Source of the DNA: the human T2T-CHM13v2.0 reference genome, Homo sapiens
Strand: one strand, 5' to 3'
Length of the DNA: 64,000 nucleotides
Assembly (NCBI RefSeq): GCF_009914755.1
Contig: NC_060940.1
Shown here: piece by piece, positions 1 through 17,795 of the stretch
Layout of the letters: every line of letters starts with the position of its first letter
How positions within the stretch are numbered: position 1 is the stretch's first letter
Translations under genes and position numbers: made by a program
Notes under the pieces: model-generated
The model's input: only the letters and a program-made list of their open reading frames with translations
What the model was told of the DNA's origin: nothing
The model's database searches: none

Positions 1-275
1 AATGGCTGAACAATTTTCTAGGCTCTTCGGTCTATTGCTCAGACACCTGGGAGTCCCATCCCCATGTCTTTTGCAATGCCTCATTTCTGGTAATTTATAA
101 CACATTCACTGTTAAATATCCATCACAGAATGTCAGCCAGGCCTGTGCCTGGGATCTGTGTAACAGTGTTTCATTCTGTCCACCTTTTTAGGCACAGAAA
201 TAGCCCTGCTGACCCAGAAGAAGCAGTCATATGGTTTGCATCTGGTTCTTGGGAGATGCTGGTATCAGAGAATGA

Positions 276-1860
<1,585 letters not shown>

Positions 1861-1862
1861 GT

Positions 1863-2124
1863 ACAAATGCTCCTTTACTTATGATGGAGTTAAGTCATGA
1901 TAAACATAACTTGAAAATATTGTAAACTGACAATGCATTTAATATAATCAACCTACGAAACATCATAGTTTAGCCTAGCTTACTTTAAATGTGCTCAGAA
2001 TACTTACATTGGTCTAAAATTGGGCAAAATTACCTAACACAAACCCTATTGTAGAGTAAAGTTTTGAATACCTCATGTAATTTATTGAATACAGTAGTGA
2101 AAGTAAAAAACAGAATGGTTGTAT
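1863..2124 (+). mobile_element. Tigger-family MITE fragment (MER47A-like)
   Basis: Resembles recalled consensus 'CAGATGCTCCTCGACTTACGATGG...CATCATAGCTTAGCCTAGCC...AAACAGAATGGTTGTAT'. Confidence 0.7.
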
Positions 2125-2405
2125 TTACTGAATTATATTCCATTCTATGGGTATATCACATTTAGTTTATCAATTCATCCATCAATGTATGTTCGGCTTA
2201 CTTCCACTCTTGTCTATTATGAACAATGCTACTGTGAACATTCATGTATAAGCTTTTTTTGTGTGGATATATATCTTCATTGTTCTTTGGTAAATACTTA
2301 GCAGTAGAATTGCTGGGTCATGTGGCATCTCTGTGTTTCACATTTTGAGGAATCACCAAACTGTTTTCCAAAGCAGTTGTACCATTTTATAGTACTATCA
2401 GTGAC
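2125..2405 (-). mobile_element. Old L1 3'-region fragment
   Basis: 'tattccatt..tgggtatatcacatt..tatcaattcatcc','gcagtagaattgctgggtca','ccaaactgttttccaaagcagttgtaccatttt' are typical antisense L1 3' motifs. Confidence 0.8.
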
Positions 2406-4324
2406 GTCTGAGGATCTTATCATTTTTTTAACATCTCCAAAATTGAGATGTCTCTTTGATGTACTTTGCAATTACAAATGGCTATGTTTCTTTTACTTTT
2501 TTATGACATATAAAAATGGTGGATTTTACAGTCCATAGCATCTTGAATTTAATTATATGTGGTTGTTGTTTACCACTATATGAATACTCTCAGTCTTGAC
2601 AGTAACATAAAAGCACAGATGACAGAAATTAAGAAGTGGAAGAGGAAGGGATAGGGTCAAAGGATGGAGTTCAGATCTTATGTCTAATTGAAAGACAGGA
2701 AAGGAAGATATTTAAGAAACATTTACAGCAGAGGAATTTACAAATATGATGTATCTGAGAGGAGGAAAGAGGCTAGGTAGTTTAAGTGAAGTAATGACTC
2801 ATCTACCATAGAAAGAAATCAATAGATAATATATAAAACTCATCTGCTCTTACAAACAGCAGAATAACTACATTATTTAGAAATATGGAATTAAAGATTA
2901 GAAGAAACAATGAAAGAAGATAAGGTCATTTTTGAAGTTGTGTGTTCTAGGAAATGAAAAAGATGTCGAGTTGGTGACGTGCAGGACCCTAGCCATTTAT
3001 GAGCCCTTTTGTTCTGTCTGATGTTTAACCACGTATAAGGCTTTGATAAAAATTTGTAAAAGACACACAAAAGTAAAATTTAAAGCACATTCTTTATGAA
3101 ACTAAACTCTTGTGGTGAATGCTTTGAGAGAGATAAGAATATAGGATACAGATTCTAAATAAGATGAAAAAGACAGGAGATAATGCCGGACAATGAGTTG
3201 ATAAAAATTTTCTGCTTCTCAGATGCTATTTATTCAACATGAGGTTCGTTTTATGCATTACTTATGCCATTTCTCTAAAATTCAAAGATAGCAGAAGCTC
3301 AAGAGGAAAAAAGGAGAGAAAAAGCTTATTTTTAGTTTTATGACATATAAGTGGCTGTAAGTTTTAAGATGAAGGGAAGTTAATATTGGGATTCTGATTC
3401 AGTTTCCAATACTTTGCAGGGTATGACAGAACTAAGCTATTTAATCTCCTGGTGACTCAGTTTTCTCAGCCCTAAAATGGGGATAATACTTTTTTATCTC
3501 ACAAGATTGCCATAAAAATTAGATAAAATCAGAATGTAAAGATTCTTTGAAACATATAGAATGTAGATAAATGTTTTCTCTTAAGGCTCTTTACACATTA
3601 CCAAAACAGGTGTTTGAAATTATAACGTAGGACTCCTCACATTATCCCAGCAATAATGAATATTTGACAACAACATTTAAGATATTAAATTTTCAGTTTT
3701 ATGTTCTACTCTTCTTTCAAAATATTAAATATTAAGATTAAAAACATTCATAAATCTTCCTTGTAGGAATCATAATGTCACATGTCTATCTGTTACCTAT
3801 CAGATATAAAATGTGAATCTAAGGTCTTGTGCAATCTTTCTTGGACCAGAAAACATCATTTGTGCATATGTGATATATTTTAAGGTGGTAAATGACCTAA
3901 GGGCTTCTGTTGATGTATGGATTTTAGAATTTCCATCTGGTTGTTTCATTTCAATCCAAATAGACATGAAACATCACAAGCAATTGAAAATTATCCATAA
4001 TAAGACTGAAAGTACATTCTAGATTATGATTATGTATTTGCCTTTTAGAAACATTTTTCATATATTAGAACAGAGTTAGTCCCCTCTCCATCCCTTTCAG
4101 GAAGATTAAGAATAAATGTTTGTTGATATGTGGAGTGTTTACAATGAGCCTTGGCATTTGGCTAAGTTCTGGGCATACATTCTATCATCTACCTGTTGTA
4201 CAAATTTAAGGGATGGTGCTATCGTCATCCCCATCTTACAGATGAGGAAACAGGCTTAGAGAGATGGGCCAACATTATCCTAAGCAAATTAGCGCGGGAA
4301 CAGAAAGCCAAATTTATTGCACTT

Positions 4325-4875
<551 letters not shown>

Positions 4876-4884
4876 TGTATAATT

Positions 4885-5227
<343 letters not shown>

Positions 5228-6852
5228 TGAATATAAAAAAATTGAAAAAGAAAGCAAAAAGAGAGAGATTGGTCGAATTACTCAGAGACGCTGAGCTACA
5301 GAGGGAAAAAAAACAGAACTCAAATCCTGCATTGAAAGTCTGAGCTCTTAATCACGATGTTGTACACTTCTGTTGTACCTATGAGGAACTATATAAAAGA
5401 TACAAAGGAAAGAGGCCTATAATCACCAGAACTTCTGTTATCTGTCAGGCATCTCCATGGGCATATTCTATTTAATCTTTGCAGCAGTCCTATGGGATTG
5501 ATTTTATTATCACGATAATTCTTTTCTTTTTTCTTTTTACCAATGAGAAAATAAAGAAGCACAGAGGTCGGGAGCAGAGGAGGGTGGTAAAACACAGGTA
5601 GTGTCAGAATTGATGGCCACACAGCCTGTGGGGGTGCAGAGGAAAGAGGGGGAACAGTCTGTTGGTGGGAAGAAGCTGAAGGGGTGTGGAGAATCCCCGG
5701 TCAATGATCCACTTTCTTACAATGTGCTGTGGCTTGAATGTATCATAAGCCAACTTAATTGTAGTGAAACCTGGAGCTGCCCCGGGGCTACTAAGCTACA
5801 AGAAAGTAAACCTAATGCCAGTTACCTCCTTATCGTTATCTGGGAAGCTGGTAGTGAAACCAGAGTCCAGGATATCAGAGCCAAAAGGTGGAAAGTGAAT
5901 AATTCCTACTGATACCATTTCAGCACCTGGATCTAGCTATACCTGAGGCCATCACTGGACTTTGTTATATTGGCCAGTATCATTCTCTGTTGTACATAAC
6001 CCTGTTAGAGACACATTTCCATAAATCTTAGTAGCAAGATTCCTGAAAACAGATACCCATAGCTTTTTATAGCACAAATATTCAACTTTTCTATCCATAG
6101 GACCACAATATATCTGGAAAACGAGGGTTGACATGAGAGATTTTCCCAAGGTGACACAGCTAGTGAACACTGAGGCTGAGATTAAAGACTTGAAATTAAA
6201 ATCCTGACCTCCCCACTCCTGGTTAGGACAAAACAAGTTGACATTTTATGTAATTGTTCAGCACACTGAGTTTTATAAAATTCTATTTTAGATAATACTT
6301 CAGATCATGTTTCATAACCACAGCTTCACAAGAAACTGAAGGATAGTTTCTATTTGTGGTACCTGTTGAAATACTTTTGGGGAATAAAAGGATGAGAAAA
6401 AGAATTTAAAAAGGAAACAAGCATTTATTGAATACTCCTTATTGTCTAGCACTGTGAAGGCATTTTGGCATGGATTATCTCATTTATTCCTCAAAATAAG
6501 TCTTAGAAGTGATTATCCTCATTTCCACTGTGTGGATAAAAAAAAAATTGAGTCCAAACTCAGCCATCTGCCTTCATCTCCATACTTCTAACAGTGGCAG
6601 TATTGGGCCTTTCTATACACAGTCAACTGGGAGAGAGGGTCTCTGTCTTCAAGGGGCTTATGCTCCTTCTGTGGGATTTGTGGCAGGAAAACCATCCATA
6701 CTTGAGATGAAGCCTCGCACCTTCACCTCTGAGCTGTGACCTTGGACAAGTTGCTTTATTTCTCTGAACCCCATTTCCTATCTGTAAATTCAGGATAATA
6801 CAATGTGACCTGCAGGAATGTTGTGAGAATTGTTAACTAAATATGTGTGTGA

Positions 6853-7200
6853 AACAGAGGATACTAGAGGCTGGAAAGGCTGGGTGGAAGGGAGGGAAGG
6901 GTGAGAAGAGATTTGCAAAAGGATACAAAATTGCAGCTAGATAGGAAGAATAAGTTCTAGTGTTCTGTAGCACTGTAGGATAACTATAGTTGACAATAAT
7001 ATATTGTTTCAAATAGCTAAAAGGAGGGTATTGAATGTTCCCAACACAAAGAAATGATAAATGTTGGGAGTTGATGGAAATGCTAATTACCTTGATCTGA
7101 TCAGTATACCTTATATGTATCAAAACAACATCATATACCCTTTGGATATGTACAATTATTTGTCAGCTAAAAAACTAAATTAAAATAAAATATAAAAATA
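6853..7200 (+). mobile_element. L1MA 3' end fragment
   Basis: 'gctagataggaagaataagttctagtgttctgtagcactgtagg...ttcccaacacaaagaaatgataaatg' L1MA 3'UTR motifs, A-rich end. Confidence 0.85.
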
Positions 7201-7264
7201 CATGTGTGACATACAGAAGGATTTCAGCACCAAATTTAATGGATGACTTTATATGTTTTTTTTA

Positions 7265-8660
<1,396 letters not shown>

Positions 8661-9257
8661 AGGTGCTTAACTAATACATAGAATATACAATTAACTTATA
8701 TGGCATAGAAGCACATATAATCACTAACAATACCAAAAATAATTCATGCTATTTTTTTGTGCCTAATCAACAATCCATCAAAATCCCTATATTTCAGTGA
8801 CATTAGAACAAACAAGTTTCTCAGAGTTCATAGAATTGCCCACCTTTCAGTGAACTCAGGAATACTATTTTATTTGAGAGTTACCCAAGGCAATTCTTGT
8901 CTTGAGCTGATGTCAAATGCAGTAAAAACTCACAGGTGATTTTTAATTGAATTGAATTCATTGCATATTTCCTGAACACTTATCATGTATCAGCTGCAGT
9001 GCTAGACCTTGCAGACAGAGGTTAATAATAAGTGGTATTTGGGGGTGAGTTTATATTTTGTTTTACATATGTGTGCAGCAACAATCAAGGCTGAGATGAA
9101 GGTGGAATTCAGTCCTGCCTCTTCATGTCTGCTGGAGTGATACGGCAAGGTCCACAGATGCCTTAATCATAGGTAGAAAGGAGGTCTCTGAGTAGAAAGA
9201 ATTGAAATGCTCAGATAAGCTGACAAGCTCTACTGCCTTGACACCCCTCCAACATCT

Positions 9258-9410
9258 TGCTTCTAAAAGTGGGGTCTGCAGGCAAGCAGCATTGGCCTCA
9301 GCTAGTGGTGCAGAACCTCAGGTGCTACCCCAGGCCTGATGAATCAGAATATCCAATCAAGCAAAACCCCCAGGTAATCTGTGTTCATATTAAAGTTTGG
9401 GTAGTACTTC
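9258..9410. mobile_element. MER5-type hAT MITE
   Basis: 'gcagaacctcagg..accccaggcctgatgaatcagaat...cccccaggtaatctgtgttcatattaaagtttg'. Confidence 0.7.
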
Positions 9411-10154
9411 ATTAACAACGTCACATAAATGGGCTCAAGGCATTCTCTCCTCTGGTGCCCCGATCGGGTCTCACTTCCCTACAGACCACTGGGCAAGCAA
9501 GGACTGTGGTGGTGTTCTGGGAGCACCACCCAGGTGGGGATCCCTGGCTGGGAGTACACTTGTTCATGGGTCATCAGCCCTGAGGATTCCCAGCCATATC
9601 TGAACAGCCCTGGGCAGGAAGTGTGAGATGGGACAAGAGGGAGTGGTGTTCAGCTTATTATGGTAGCTAAGGAGACGCCTAAGGGAACTCGAGTGACCTA
9701 CGTGAAGTGTCAAGGATAGATTTTGACAGTTCCATTTATTTATTCAATAACGGCTTATGGAACATCTGCTATACACCAATAGAGGGAGGCAGAGAGCATG
9801 GTGAATGCAACATTGCATAATGGTGTTGGGAAAAGTGTCCCGATTTCAAGGAAGCTGACAGCCAGTCTCTGTCATTTCCTAGCTAGGTAACTTTGAGTAA
9901 ATTACTCAACCTCTTTAGATTTTATTTTCCTACAGTGCAAAATCAGGGTAACAATAGTTGCTGTCTTTTAAAATGGTTGCATAACTGAATGAAACAATGC
10001 ATACAAATTGCAAAGCTCAGTGCCTGAGCCACATTATAAAAGATCAATAAATGTTAGCGGCTGCTGTCACCACTACTACAAACCCTGGATGCTAGATGCT
10101 AGGGCAGTGGTTCTCAACCTTGGCTGAGTGAATGTCAAAGTTACCTGGGGAACG

Positions 10155-10925
10155 CAGTACACTGTTGGTAGGAATGTAAATTAGTGCAACTGCTATGGAA
10201 AATAGTGTGGAGGTTCCTCAAAAAACTAGAAATAGATATATGATTTGATCCAGGAATCCCATTGCTGGGTCAATATCCAAAAGGAAGGAAATCAGCATAT
10301 CAAAGTGATATCCACACTCTGATGTTTATTACAGCACTATTCACAGTAACCAAGGTATGGAATCAACCTAAGTGTCCATCAATGGATGAATGGATGAAGA
10401 AAATATAACATATGTATGGAATGGAATACGACTCAGCCATTGAAAGAATGCAACCCTGTCATCTGCAGCAATATGGATGAAACCAGAGGTCATTATGTTG
10501 AGTGAAATAAGCCAGGCCCAGAGAGACGAATAGCATATGTTCTCACTTATACATGGGAGCTTAAAAGGTTGATCTCATGGAGGTAGAGAGTAGAATTATG
10601 GTTACCAAAGACTAGGAAGTAAACAAGACAGGAGGGATGAAGAGAAATTGGTTAATGGGTACAAAAATAAAGTTAGATAGAAGACATAAGTTCTGATGTT
10701 TGATAGCACAGCAGGATGACTATAGTAAATAATTTATTGTATATTTCAAAATAGCTAGAAGATTTGGAATGTTCCCAGCAGAAAGAAATGATAAATGTTT
10801 GAAGTGATGGAATTCCTAATTACCCTATTTTGATCATAACACATTGCATGCAGGTATCAAAATATCACAAGTACTCCATAAATATATACAACTATTATAT
10901 ATCAATAAAAAATGGAGAGGAAAAC
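10155..10925 (+). mobile_element. L1MA 3' end (ORF2 C-terminus and 3'UTR)
   Basis: 'tacactgttggtaggaatgtaaattagtgcaac...aaccaaggtatggaatcaacctaagtgtccatcaatggatgaatgg...atcaataaaaaa'. Confidence 0.9.
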
Positions 10926-11049
10926 AACTGAAGTTATTTGGGAGCTTTTAAAATTTGCTGATTCTTAGCCACATCCCAGGCCAACTAAATCATAATATTT
11001 GGGGATAAAAGCCAGACATCAGTATTTTTTAAAGCTCCTCAGTTGATTC

Positions 11050-11593
11050 TGTAACCAAGTTCGAATCCAGCTGCTCACTGCTCAAAAGCCAAAATGTGAG
11101 AAGTGAGGTGCAGTGAAAGGAAAGCAGCTTTATTCAAACACTAGCACTTGGGAGATGGTTGGACTCAAGCCCCAAATAAAACATCTCAATATTTTAGGCA
11201 AGGGAGTGGATTTAAGAAGGGAAAATCTACATGGAAAGCATGCAGGTGTGGTGCAGTCTTGTGTGTCTTGTTCCGACGGCCATCTTGCATTATTGTCCAC
11301 CTGGAGTGAGGCCTGGTGCCATCTTGACAATGCTTGGGTTGTAATAATAGATTAATCACTTTGAGGTAATCTCTAAATGGGGAGAATTCCACTGCTGGGT
11401 CTTCCCGTCTGGTTTAAGATTAGCCCCTGGAATTTCTAAGCAAGCACATCATTAGATAAGCAAGCACTGTGAAAGAGAGTGCCTGGTGGGAAAACAAAGA
11501 AAGAGTTTCAAAATACATTTCAAGGCTTAGACAAGAAGAGACAGAAAAAAAAGTTCTTTACAATGCATTTTAAAGCCAAGCCACTCAGATACA
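11050..11593 (-). mobile_element. ERV1-class solo LTR (subfamily not assigned)
   Basis: TG...CA termini, 4-bp TSD ATTC (11046-11049, 11594-11597), antisense AATAAA ('tttatt') near 11130. Confidence 0.75.
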
Positions 11594-12308
11594 ATTCCAA
11601 GGTGTAGCCAAAGTATACCTTGTACCATGGAATCTAAGATGATTTTAGGAAAGTTCACCTTCTCTCTGGGGTGCTCACAGTCTTCCAGAGAAGATCAATA
11701 TGCAAAGAGATAATGATAATTCTATGTTCCAAATATGTGCAAGGAGATATGAAAAAATGACAGCAGGACTGCTCAGTCTAAAAGCCATGTCAGGTAGCAG
11801 GAAAAAAGTACCTCACACTATTTTTCTTGTTTTTTATGTAAAAGAAAGTGACTGCCCATGCATGACACATAGTCTGTGGGAAAAAAAAAAAGGTGATTCT
11901 CACAGCAAAATGTAAGTAGGTCATTGCAACCCAGACTGACTCCAGCCACTGGCAGTTCTAAAGAGGTCCTGGTTGTTCATTAACCTCTGGGTATCTCAGC
12001 TTACTCCTTTGTGAGATAAGTGGGTAACGGTGATGCTCTCTAAGGACCTGCCAGAGGGTGAAGAGCAGAGCCACCATTACCTGCCCCAAAGAGGTGTTAA
12101 AAGATTCAGTTAGATGCAGAAACCTGGAGATGGTCTGCAGTCCAGGAGAGGTACATGAGATAGGTATGATCCCTTGCTCATCAGCAGTGTGGCGCACCAG
12201 CAATCTGTGATTCCTCTAATTGCTTTTGGTCAAAGAGTCTTGATAAGTCAATCCCCCAATTCAGAGTTCACACCAAGAACAAAGAAACCAGATAAAACTG
12301 GTTCGACA

Positions 12309-12581
12309 GCCGGGTGCGGTGGCTCAAGCCTGTAATCCCAGCCCTTTGGGAGGCCGAGGCAGGTGGATCACAAGGCCTAGAGTTGGAGACCATCCTGGCC
12401 AACATGGTGAAACCCCATCTCTACTAAAAATAGAGGTGCGTGCCTGCAGTGCCAGCTACTCAGGAGACTGAGGCAGGAGAATCGTTTGAACCTGGGAGGC
12501 ACAGGTTGCCGTGAGCTGATGTTGTGCCACTGTACTCCAGCCTGGTGACAGAGTGAGACTCCGTCTCCAAAAAAAAAAAAA
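12309..12581 (+). mobile_element. Alu (AluSc-like) with internal deletion at the linker
   Basis: Alu dimer and A-tail; ~25 bp missing after 'ctactaaaaata'. Confidence 0.92.
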
Positions 12582-12584
12582 TGG

Positions 12585-13031
12585 TTTGACTGGTTGAACT
12601 GTGTCCATTCCAAAAGATATGTCCCAGTCCTAAACCTCCGTACCTGTGAATGAGACCTTCTTTGGAAATAGGGTCTTCGTGGATGTAATTAAGTTAAAAT
12701 GAGATCATACTGGATTAGGATGGGCTCTAAATCCAATGACCTGTGCCCTTATAAGGAGAGAGAGATACAGAGAAAGAGAAGAAGGCCATGCGATGACCGA
12801 GGCAGGAATTGGGGCCATGGAGTTACAAGCCCAGGGACACCCACTATTGCTATACCAGACACCAGAAAGAGGCAAGAAAGGATCTTCCCCTAGAGTCTCT
12901 CGGGAGAGGACGGTTCTGCTAATACCTTGATTTCTGGACTTACGGCCTCCAAAACTGTGAGATCACATATTTCCATTTTAAACCATGCAGTTTGTGGTAA
13001 TCTGTTACTGCAGCTCTGGGAGACTAATACG
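12585..13031 (+). mobile_element. MaLR solo LTR (MLT1B/C-like)
   Basis: 'ttggaaatagggtcttcgtggatgtaattaagttaaaatgagatcatactggattagg...gtttgtggtaatctgttac...gactaatac'. Confidence 0.85.
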
Positions 13032-13527
13032 ACTGGTGATCTGTCCTTTCTCAAATAAGAATGGGCAATTACTTAGAGCCATTAGCTCTGATTTGAGAGC
13101 AGCCAAACAGACAAATCACTATACACCAGGGATTGAATCTGGGTGCCCTGACTCTCACTAGCCAAAGTCCCAGAGGTCTAAAGCTTCATGAGTGCTTTGC
13201 AAAGAGTTCACAGCTTTTATTTTGCTCAAGGCAAAGAAAAATCTGACTTAGGTAGACTTTGTTGAAATCAATTGGATTTTAAAAGATTTAAGTGAAGATT
13301 TCCAATTGTGTTGGATCTATCTGGTTGCATGGGCACCAGTACCAGGACCCTGCCCCACAAACATAATTCTTATTAAAATATAGAAGGGGAATGGTTCGGG
13401 TCAAAGAACTTTAGATTTTTTTAGCTTCCTGAGAGCTGACCATATTTGGTTTCAAGCCAGACTCATCCAACATTGCAATACTGTCTTTTTAGTTTCTTCC
13501 CAATCTTGCCTCCTTCCATAATTATAA

Positions 13528-13925
13528 TGTATTAGGCCGTTCTTGCAATGCTATAGAGAAATAACTGAGACTGGGTAATTTATAAGAAAAGAGGTTTAAT
13601 TAGCTCATTGTTCAGGAAGCTTCCAATCATGGTGGAAGGCAAAGGGAGGGCAGACGCTTCACATGGCAAGAGCTTCACACGGCAGGAGCAAGAGCAAGAG
13701 AAGAGAGCAAATTGGGGCGGGGGGAAGGTGGTACACACTTTTAAATGACCAGAATCTCGTGTGAACTCAGAGTGAGGACTCACTCATCACCAAGAGGATG
13801 GCCCAAGCCACTCATGAGGGATCCGCCCTCACTATCCAAACACTTCCCAGCGGGTCCCACCTCCAACACTGCGGATTACATTTCCACATGAGATTTGGGT
13901 GGGGACAAATATTCAAACTATATCA
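13528..13925 (-). mobile_element. MaLR solo LTR (MSTA/MSTB-like)
   Basis: 'tgtattaggccgttcttgc...caaactatatca' termini; 5-bp TSD TATAA (13523-13527, 13926-13930). Confidence 0.88.
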
Positions 13926-15276
13926 TATAATATATACCTCCAGGGGTTCCTCACAAAATAGATCCCAGTTTTCACCTTTCCAGGACCTCCAGACTTCAGG
14001 GCATGTAGATTTCCCCACTCACCCCCATAATTTTCTAAGACCTGTGTGTCTACCTATGGCTAAAGCACTCATATTTATTCGTTTAGTGATATTTATGCTG
14101 TCTCTTCTCTGTGCCTGGAATTGGTCTAGATGCTGGGGAGGGAACAGGAAACAGAAAAGACAAGGTCCCTGCCCTCTAGGCGCTCAGGTGCAGCATTATA
14201 AAAAAAAAAAAATCCTACATTACGGAGACTTGAAAGAGCAAAGAGGCGAAATTGAGGCCCCTGTCAGGAGACCTTTAGCATAGTAGATAAGAGAAGAAGC
14301 ATAAGGGGTAAAATGTATTTTAAAGGACTTAGCCAGGAAAGCAAAGAGAAAAGATGAATCAATTGTGGAAATAAAAGGATTAGTTCAGGAGAAACATAGC
14401 GATGCTTGTTGCAACACAAAGATAGAGAGAGAGGAAGCTGATTTTTTTTTTTTCCTTTAGCTTGAGTCACTTAATTGTGCTTGAATATTACACCCCTGAG
14501 TGGTTAATGGTATCAGCACAACTGTAAATGGCTGATTTTCATTCTGAGAAAGGTGATAGTTCAGGGTGAGCAGCAAAGGCCACCCTGCCAGCCATACGAT
14601 TTTGACATTTTCCCTAACCCCTGCATACCTTGGTTTTCTCATCTTACATATATTTTTCAAAAGGATAATAACATCTATCACCCATGGCAGCTGGGAAAGA
14701 TTAAATGAGCTAATGCAAACAAAATGCATCTCAAGTAGTTGGCAAACAATGTTAGATATTATTTTCATAAGCTATCTACGAAATGTTTACTAACTAGAGT
14801 ACTCCTATTTGACAGCTTTGTTTACCATGCTTGGATTCACAAGCCCCTAATTTGTTCTCCTTGCAGAAACCAAGTGCTGCCTTTCATTTATTTTCTCACC
14901 CTCAATTTAGAATTCGAGATGGTCAGCTCCTTCTGCAGGGCTAACTGTGGCTCTTCCGTGCTTTGTTTATCCAATGAATATTGATTTAGTGCCTCCTCCT
15001 AGTGCAGGGGACCTAGTAGTGAACTAAAGAAAGTCTCTGTCCTCTTGCAGCTTACATTCTAGTGACAGAGAAAATGAAATAAGGTCAGGTAGTGTAAAAT
15101 GTTTGAAGGATATACAAAGCAAAATTAATTAATAATTGTTGGACATCTATTAGGCATCAGGGCTGTGGAGTCTGGGGACGCAGCTGCACACACAGAAATG
15201 GCATTGCAAGCTGGACTAATGCTGTAATGCAAAGTAATGAGTAATCTCTGGAAGAGCAAAGCTATCACAGAACTAA

Positions 15277-15626
15277 GCATGCTGATTAATGCTAGAAAGG
15301 ACATGCTGATCAATGCTAGTATGGGTATGCTGGTCAATGTTGGTATGGGCATGCTGATCAATGACAGTATGGGCATGCTGATCAAAGCTAATATAAGTAT
15401 GCTGATCAATGCTAGCATGGGCATGCTGATCAATGCTAGTATGGGGGTTCTTATCAATGCTAGTATAAGCCTGCCGATCAATGCTAGTACGGACGTGCTT
15501 ACCAATACTAGTATGGGTGTGCTGATCAATGCTAGTATAAACCTGCTGATGAACGCTAGTATGAGCATGCTAAACAATGCTAATATGGGCATGCCAGTCA
15601 ATGCTAGCATAGGTGTGCTGATCAAT
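15277..15626. repeat. 24-bp minisatellite, ~14.5 copies, consensus GCATGCTGATCAATGCTAGTATGG
   Basis: Units start every 24 bp (15277, 15301, 15325 ... 15613) with substitutions but no indels. Confidence 0.95.
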
Positions 15627-17026
15627 AAGCAAAGAGAACACATGCTGAAGTCAAGGGCTTTAACAATAACTTTTGTAAATACTACCCTTTAATGCCCTGT
15701 TAAGTTTACTACCTTCATCCTAACCCAAGACGTAAATTTTCAAGGAGAAGGAGAAGGAGAGGAAGGAAGGAGAAGAGGAGGCAGAGGAGAAGGAGGCAGT
15801 TGGAATAAATATACAGGAACAGAACTTACTTTGATCTTTCTAAAAGGTTAACGTTGGATTTTAATTTCTACTCTAAGCAGGAAATAGAAGTAGAGTTTGC
15901 CTAAAATAATTTGAGAATATTTCATCTTCATTTAATCAGGAAATTCCTCCAGAACTGTCTTCACCTAAAAGTTTGGTTAAGTATAAGTAAAAAGAAAAGC
16001 ATGCAGATTCCAACAGGGAAGAGGAAATCCAAAGCTTGGGCCTGGAGGGGGCTTCTCAATTTTCTTGGAAGACTCCCCAGTGATCACCTGTACCTCCTCC
16101 CTCCAGGAAGCTCTGCCGTAACAATAATTGTCCTCTCTTAGCCAGGTGGAGGGACAAAGGGGCTTTAGCAAAACATCACCTCCGAGGGTGGTCAGTCCTG
16201 TTGGACATTTTAATCAGCACATGGGAAAGCAGCTCCAATATTTCCCTGCCCTGGTACTGATAGCTGAAGCATCCTTCCCCCCAACCCTCTTTCTACCCCC
16301 TGGCAACTACAAATTGCTCCTGCCCCAGGAGACAGTGAGCTGTGGAAAGCTTCAAAGTCAGAAAAATGTGGGCTTGGTCACCTCCTCTGTCAATTGCCAG
16401 TGGTGTGTCTTTGGGCAGTAAGCTGAACTTCTCTGATGTTGTTTCCCCTTCTATAGTCTGCCTATAGGGATTAAACACCAGCATGGATGTCAATCATCTG
16501 GCCCATACTAAGTGTTCAATGAATGATCTCCAGGGCCTTTTTTACTTACCTCAGATAATAAAAGCCCACTTAAAGCCTGTGGGTCCTGAAAGCCGAGAGG
16601 AATTCACAGCTTGGCCAACGATGGAAAGATAATCAGAATGGAAAGAAGAGAGATGTATAATTGGGAAATTTCAGTCCCCCTCTGTTTCTCTGGCTGTCTG
16701 TGTCCATTCACAAAAGCCATTTTAGCCCGTATTCACTTATGCGCATATGTAAAATGAGGACTTGAACAAGTCTCTTCTTCCCTGAGCCAGCCATCTGAAG
16801 CTCACTGGTGCCATAGGGCTAACCTTGAAGTTCGATTAAAACAGTGACCTTCAGAGCAGTACTTCTCAGCTTGCAGGGGAGATTTTTCACATGTATCATT
16901 TCATTTGATGATCACATTTTTTTTCTGAATTTTTATTTTCCAGATGATCCAGAACTGAGATCCAGAGCCACAAAGGGCTTGTGCCAGACCTAAGTGAGAT
17001 GCAGAGTCGGCCTTAAACCCAATTCT

Positions 17027-17092
17027 CATGATCAGTGGTGATTGTGGTGATGATGATGATGATGGTGATTCTGGGGATGATGATGATAATGG
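17027..17092. repeat. (TGA/TGG)n low-complexity tract
   Basis: Direct reading: 'gtgatgatgatgatgatggtgatt...'. Confidence 0.9.
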
Positions 17093-17576
17093 ATTTTTCT
17101 TCACAGTGTCTAGCAGTATTCCTGGCACATAATATGCATGGACCTATGCTGGAACTAAATGATTTAATATCCATAAAGGGTCCTATGAGGCAAGCTCCAG
17201 AGACACAGAGGAAGGCCATACAGCAATAGCATGAAACACAGCTTTGAGGTCCTGGGGCCAGGGAAGGGCACAAGGTGTGGCTGAGGGGATGCTCATGTGT
17301 GCTTCCCTGCTCTTTCCTCAGGAAGGTTTCCCTGTTTGGAGCAGCCGCCACATGCCATGGCTTCTTTCTCTGCCTTTTGCTTTGATTAATTGCACCTTTC
17401 ATGATTCATATCGCATAATTGCCTTCCAAATGGGTTATTCCTGGGTGGTAACCTTATGGGGGTAGGTTTGTGGGTCTCTGGAGCATCTTAAGTATGATGT
17501 TGCAGTCATAACTAAATGAGGCATGATCTCTTGATGGCACAAGACATGCAGGGAGGGTATACCTTGTCTCTAAATC

Positions 17577-17795
17577 AGCGCTATTCCGTAGAACTTTCTC
17601 TGCTGAAGGAAATATGCTGTATCTGCACCATCCAATATGGAAGCCACTAGCCACATGTTGCTATTGAACACTTCAAATGTGGCTAGTGCAACTTGTAACT
17701 GAGTTCTTAATTTTATTGAATTCAAATTAATTCAACTGTATGTGTAAGTAGCCACCTAGGATAGTCTTGTGGCTACCAAATTCGACAGTGCCGTC
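17577..17795. mobile_element. MER3-like hAT MITE
   Basis: 'tccaatatggaagccactagccacatgttgctattgaacacttcaaatgtggctagtg...gtggctacc'. Confidence 0.8.

Larger units (their letters stand above)
10104..11620. mobile_element. MER5-type MITE split by an L1MA and an LTR
   Basis: 'cagtggttctcaaccttggctg' at 10105, resumes ~10931 ('gggagcttttaaaa...aaagctcctcagttgattc') and again after 11593. Confidence 0.65.

Noticed and set aside
13798-14283. 161-aa ORF
   Set aside because: It starts inside an MST LTR and runs through L2-like and poly-A sequence, with no recognisable domain.
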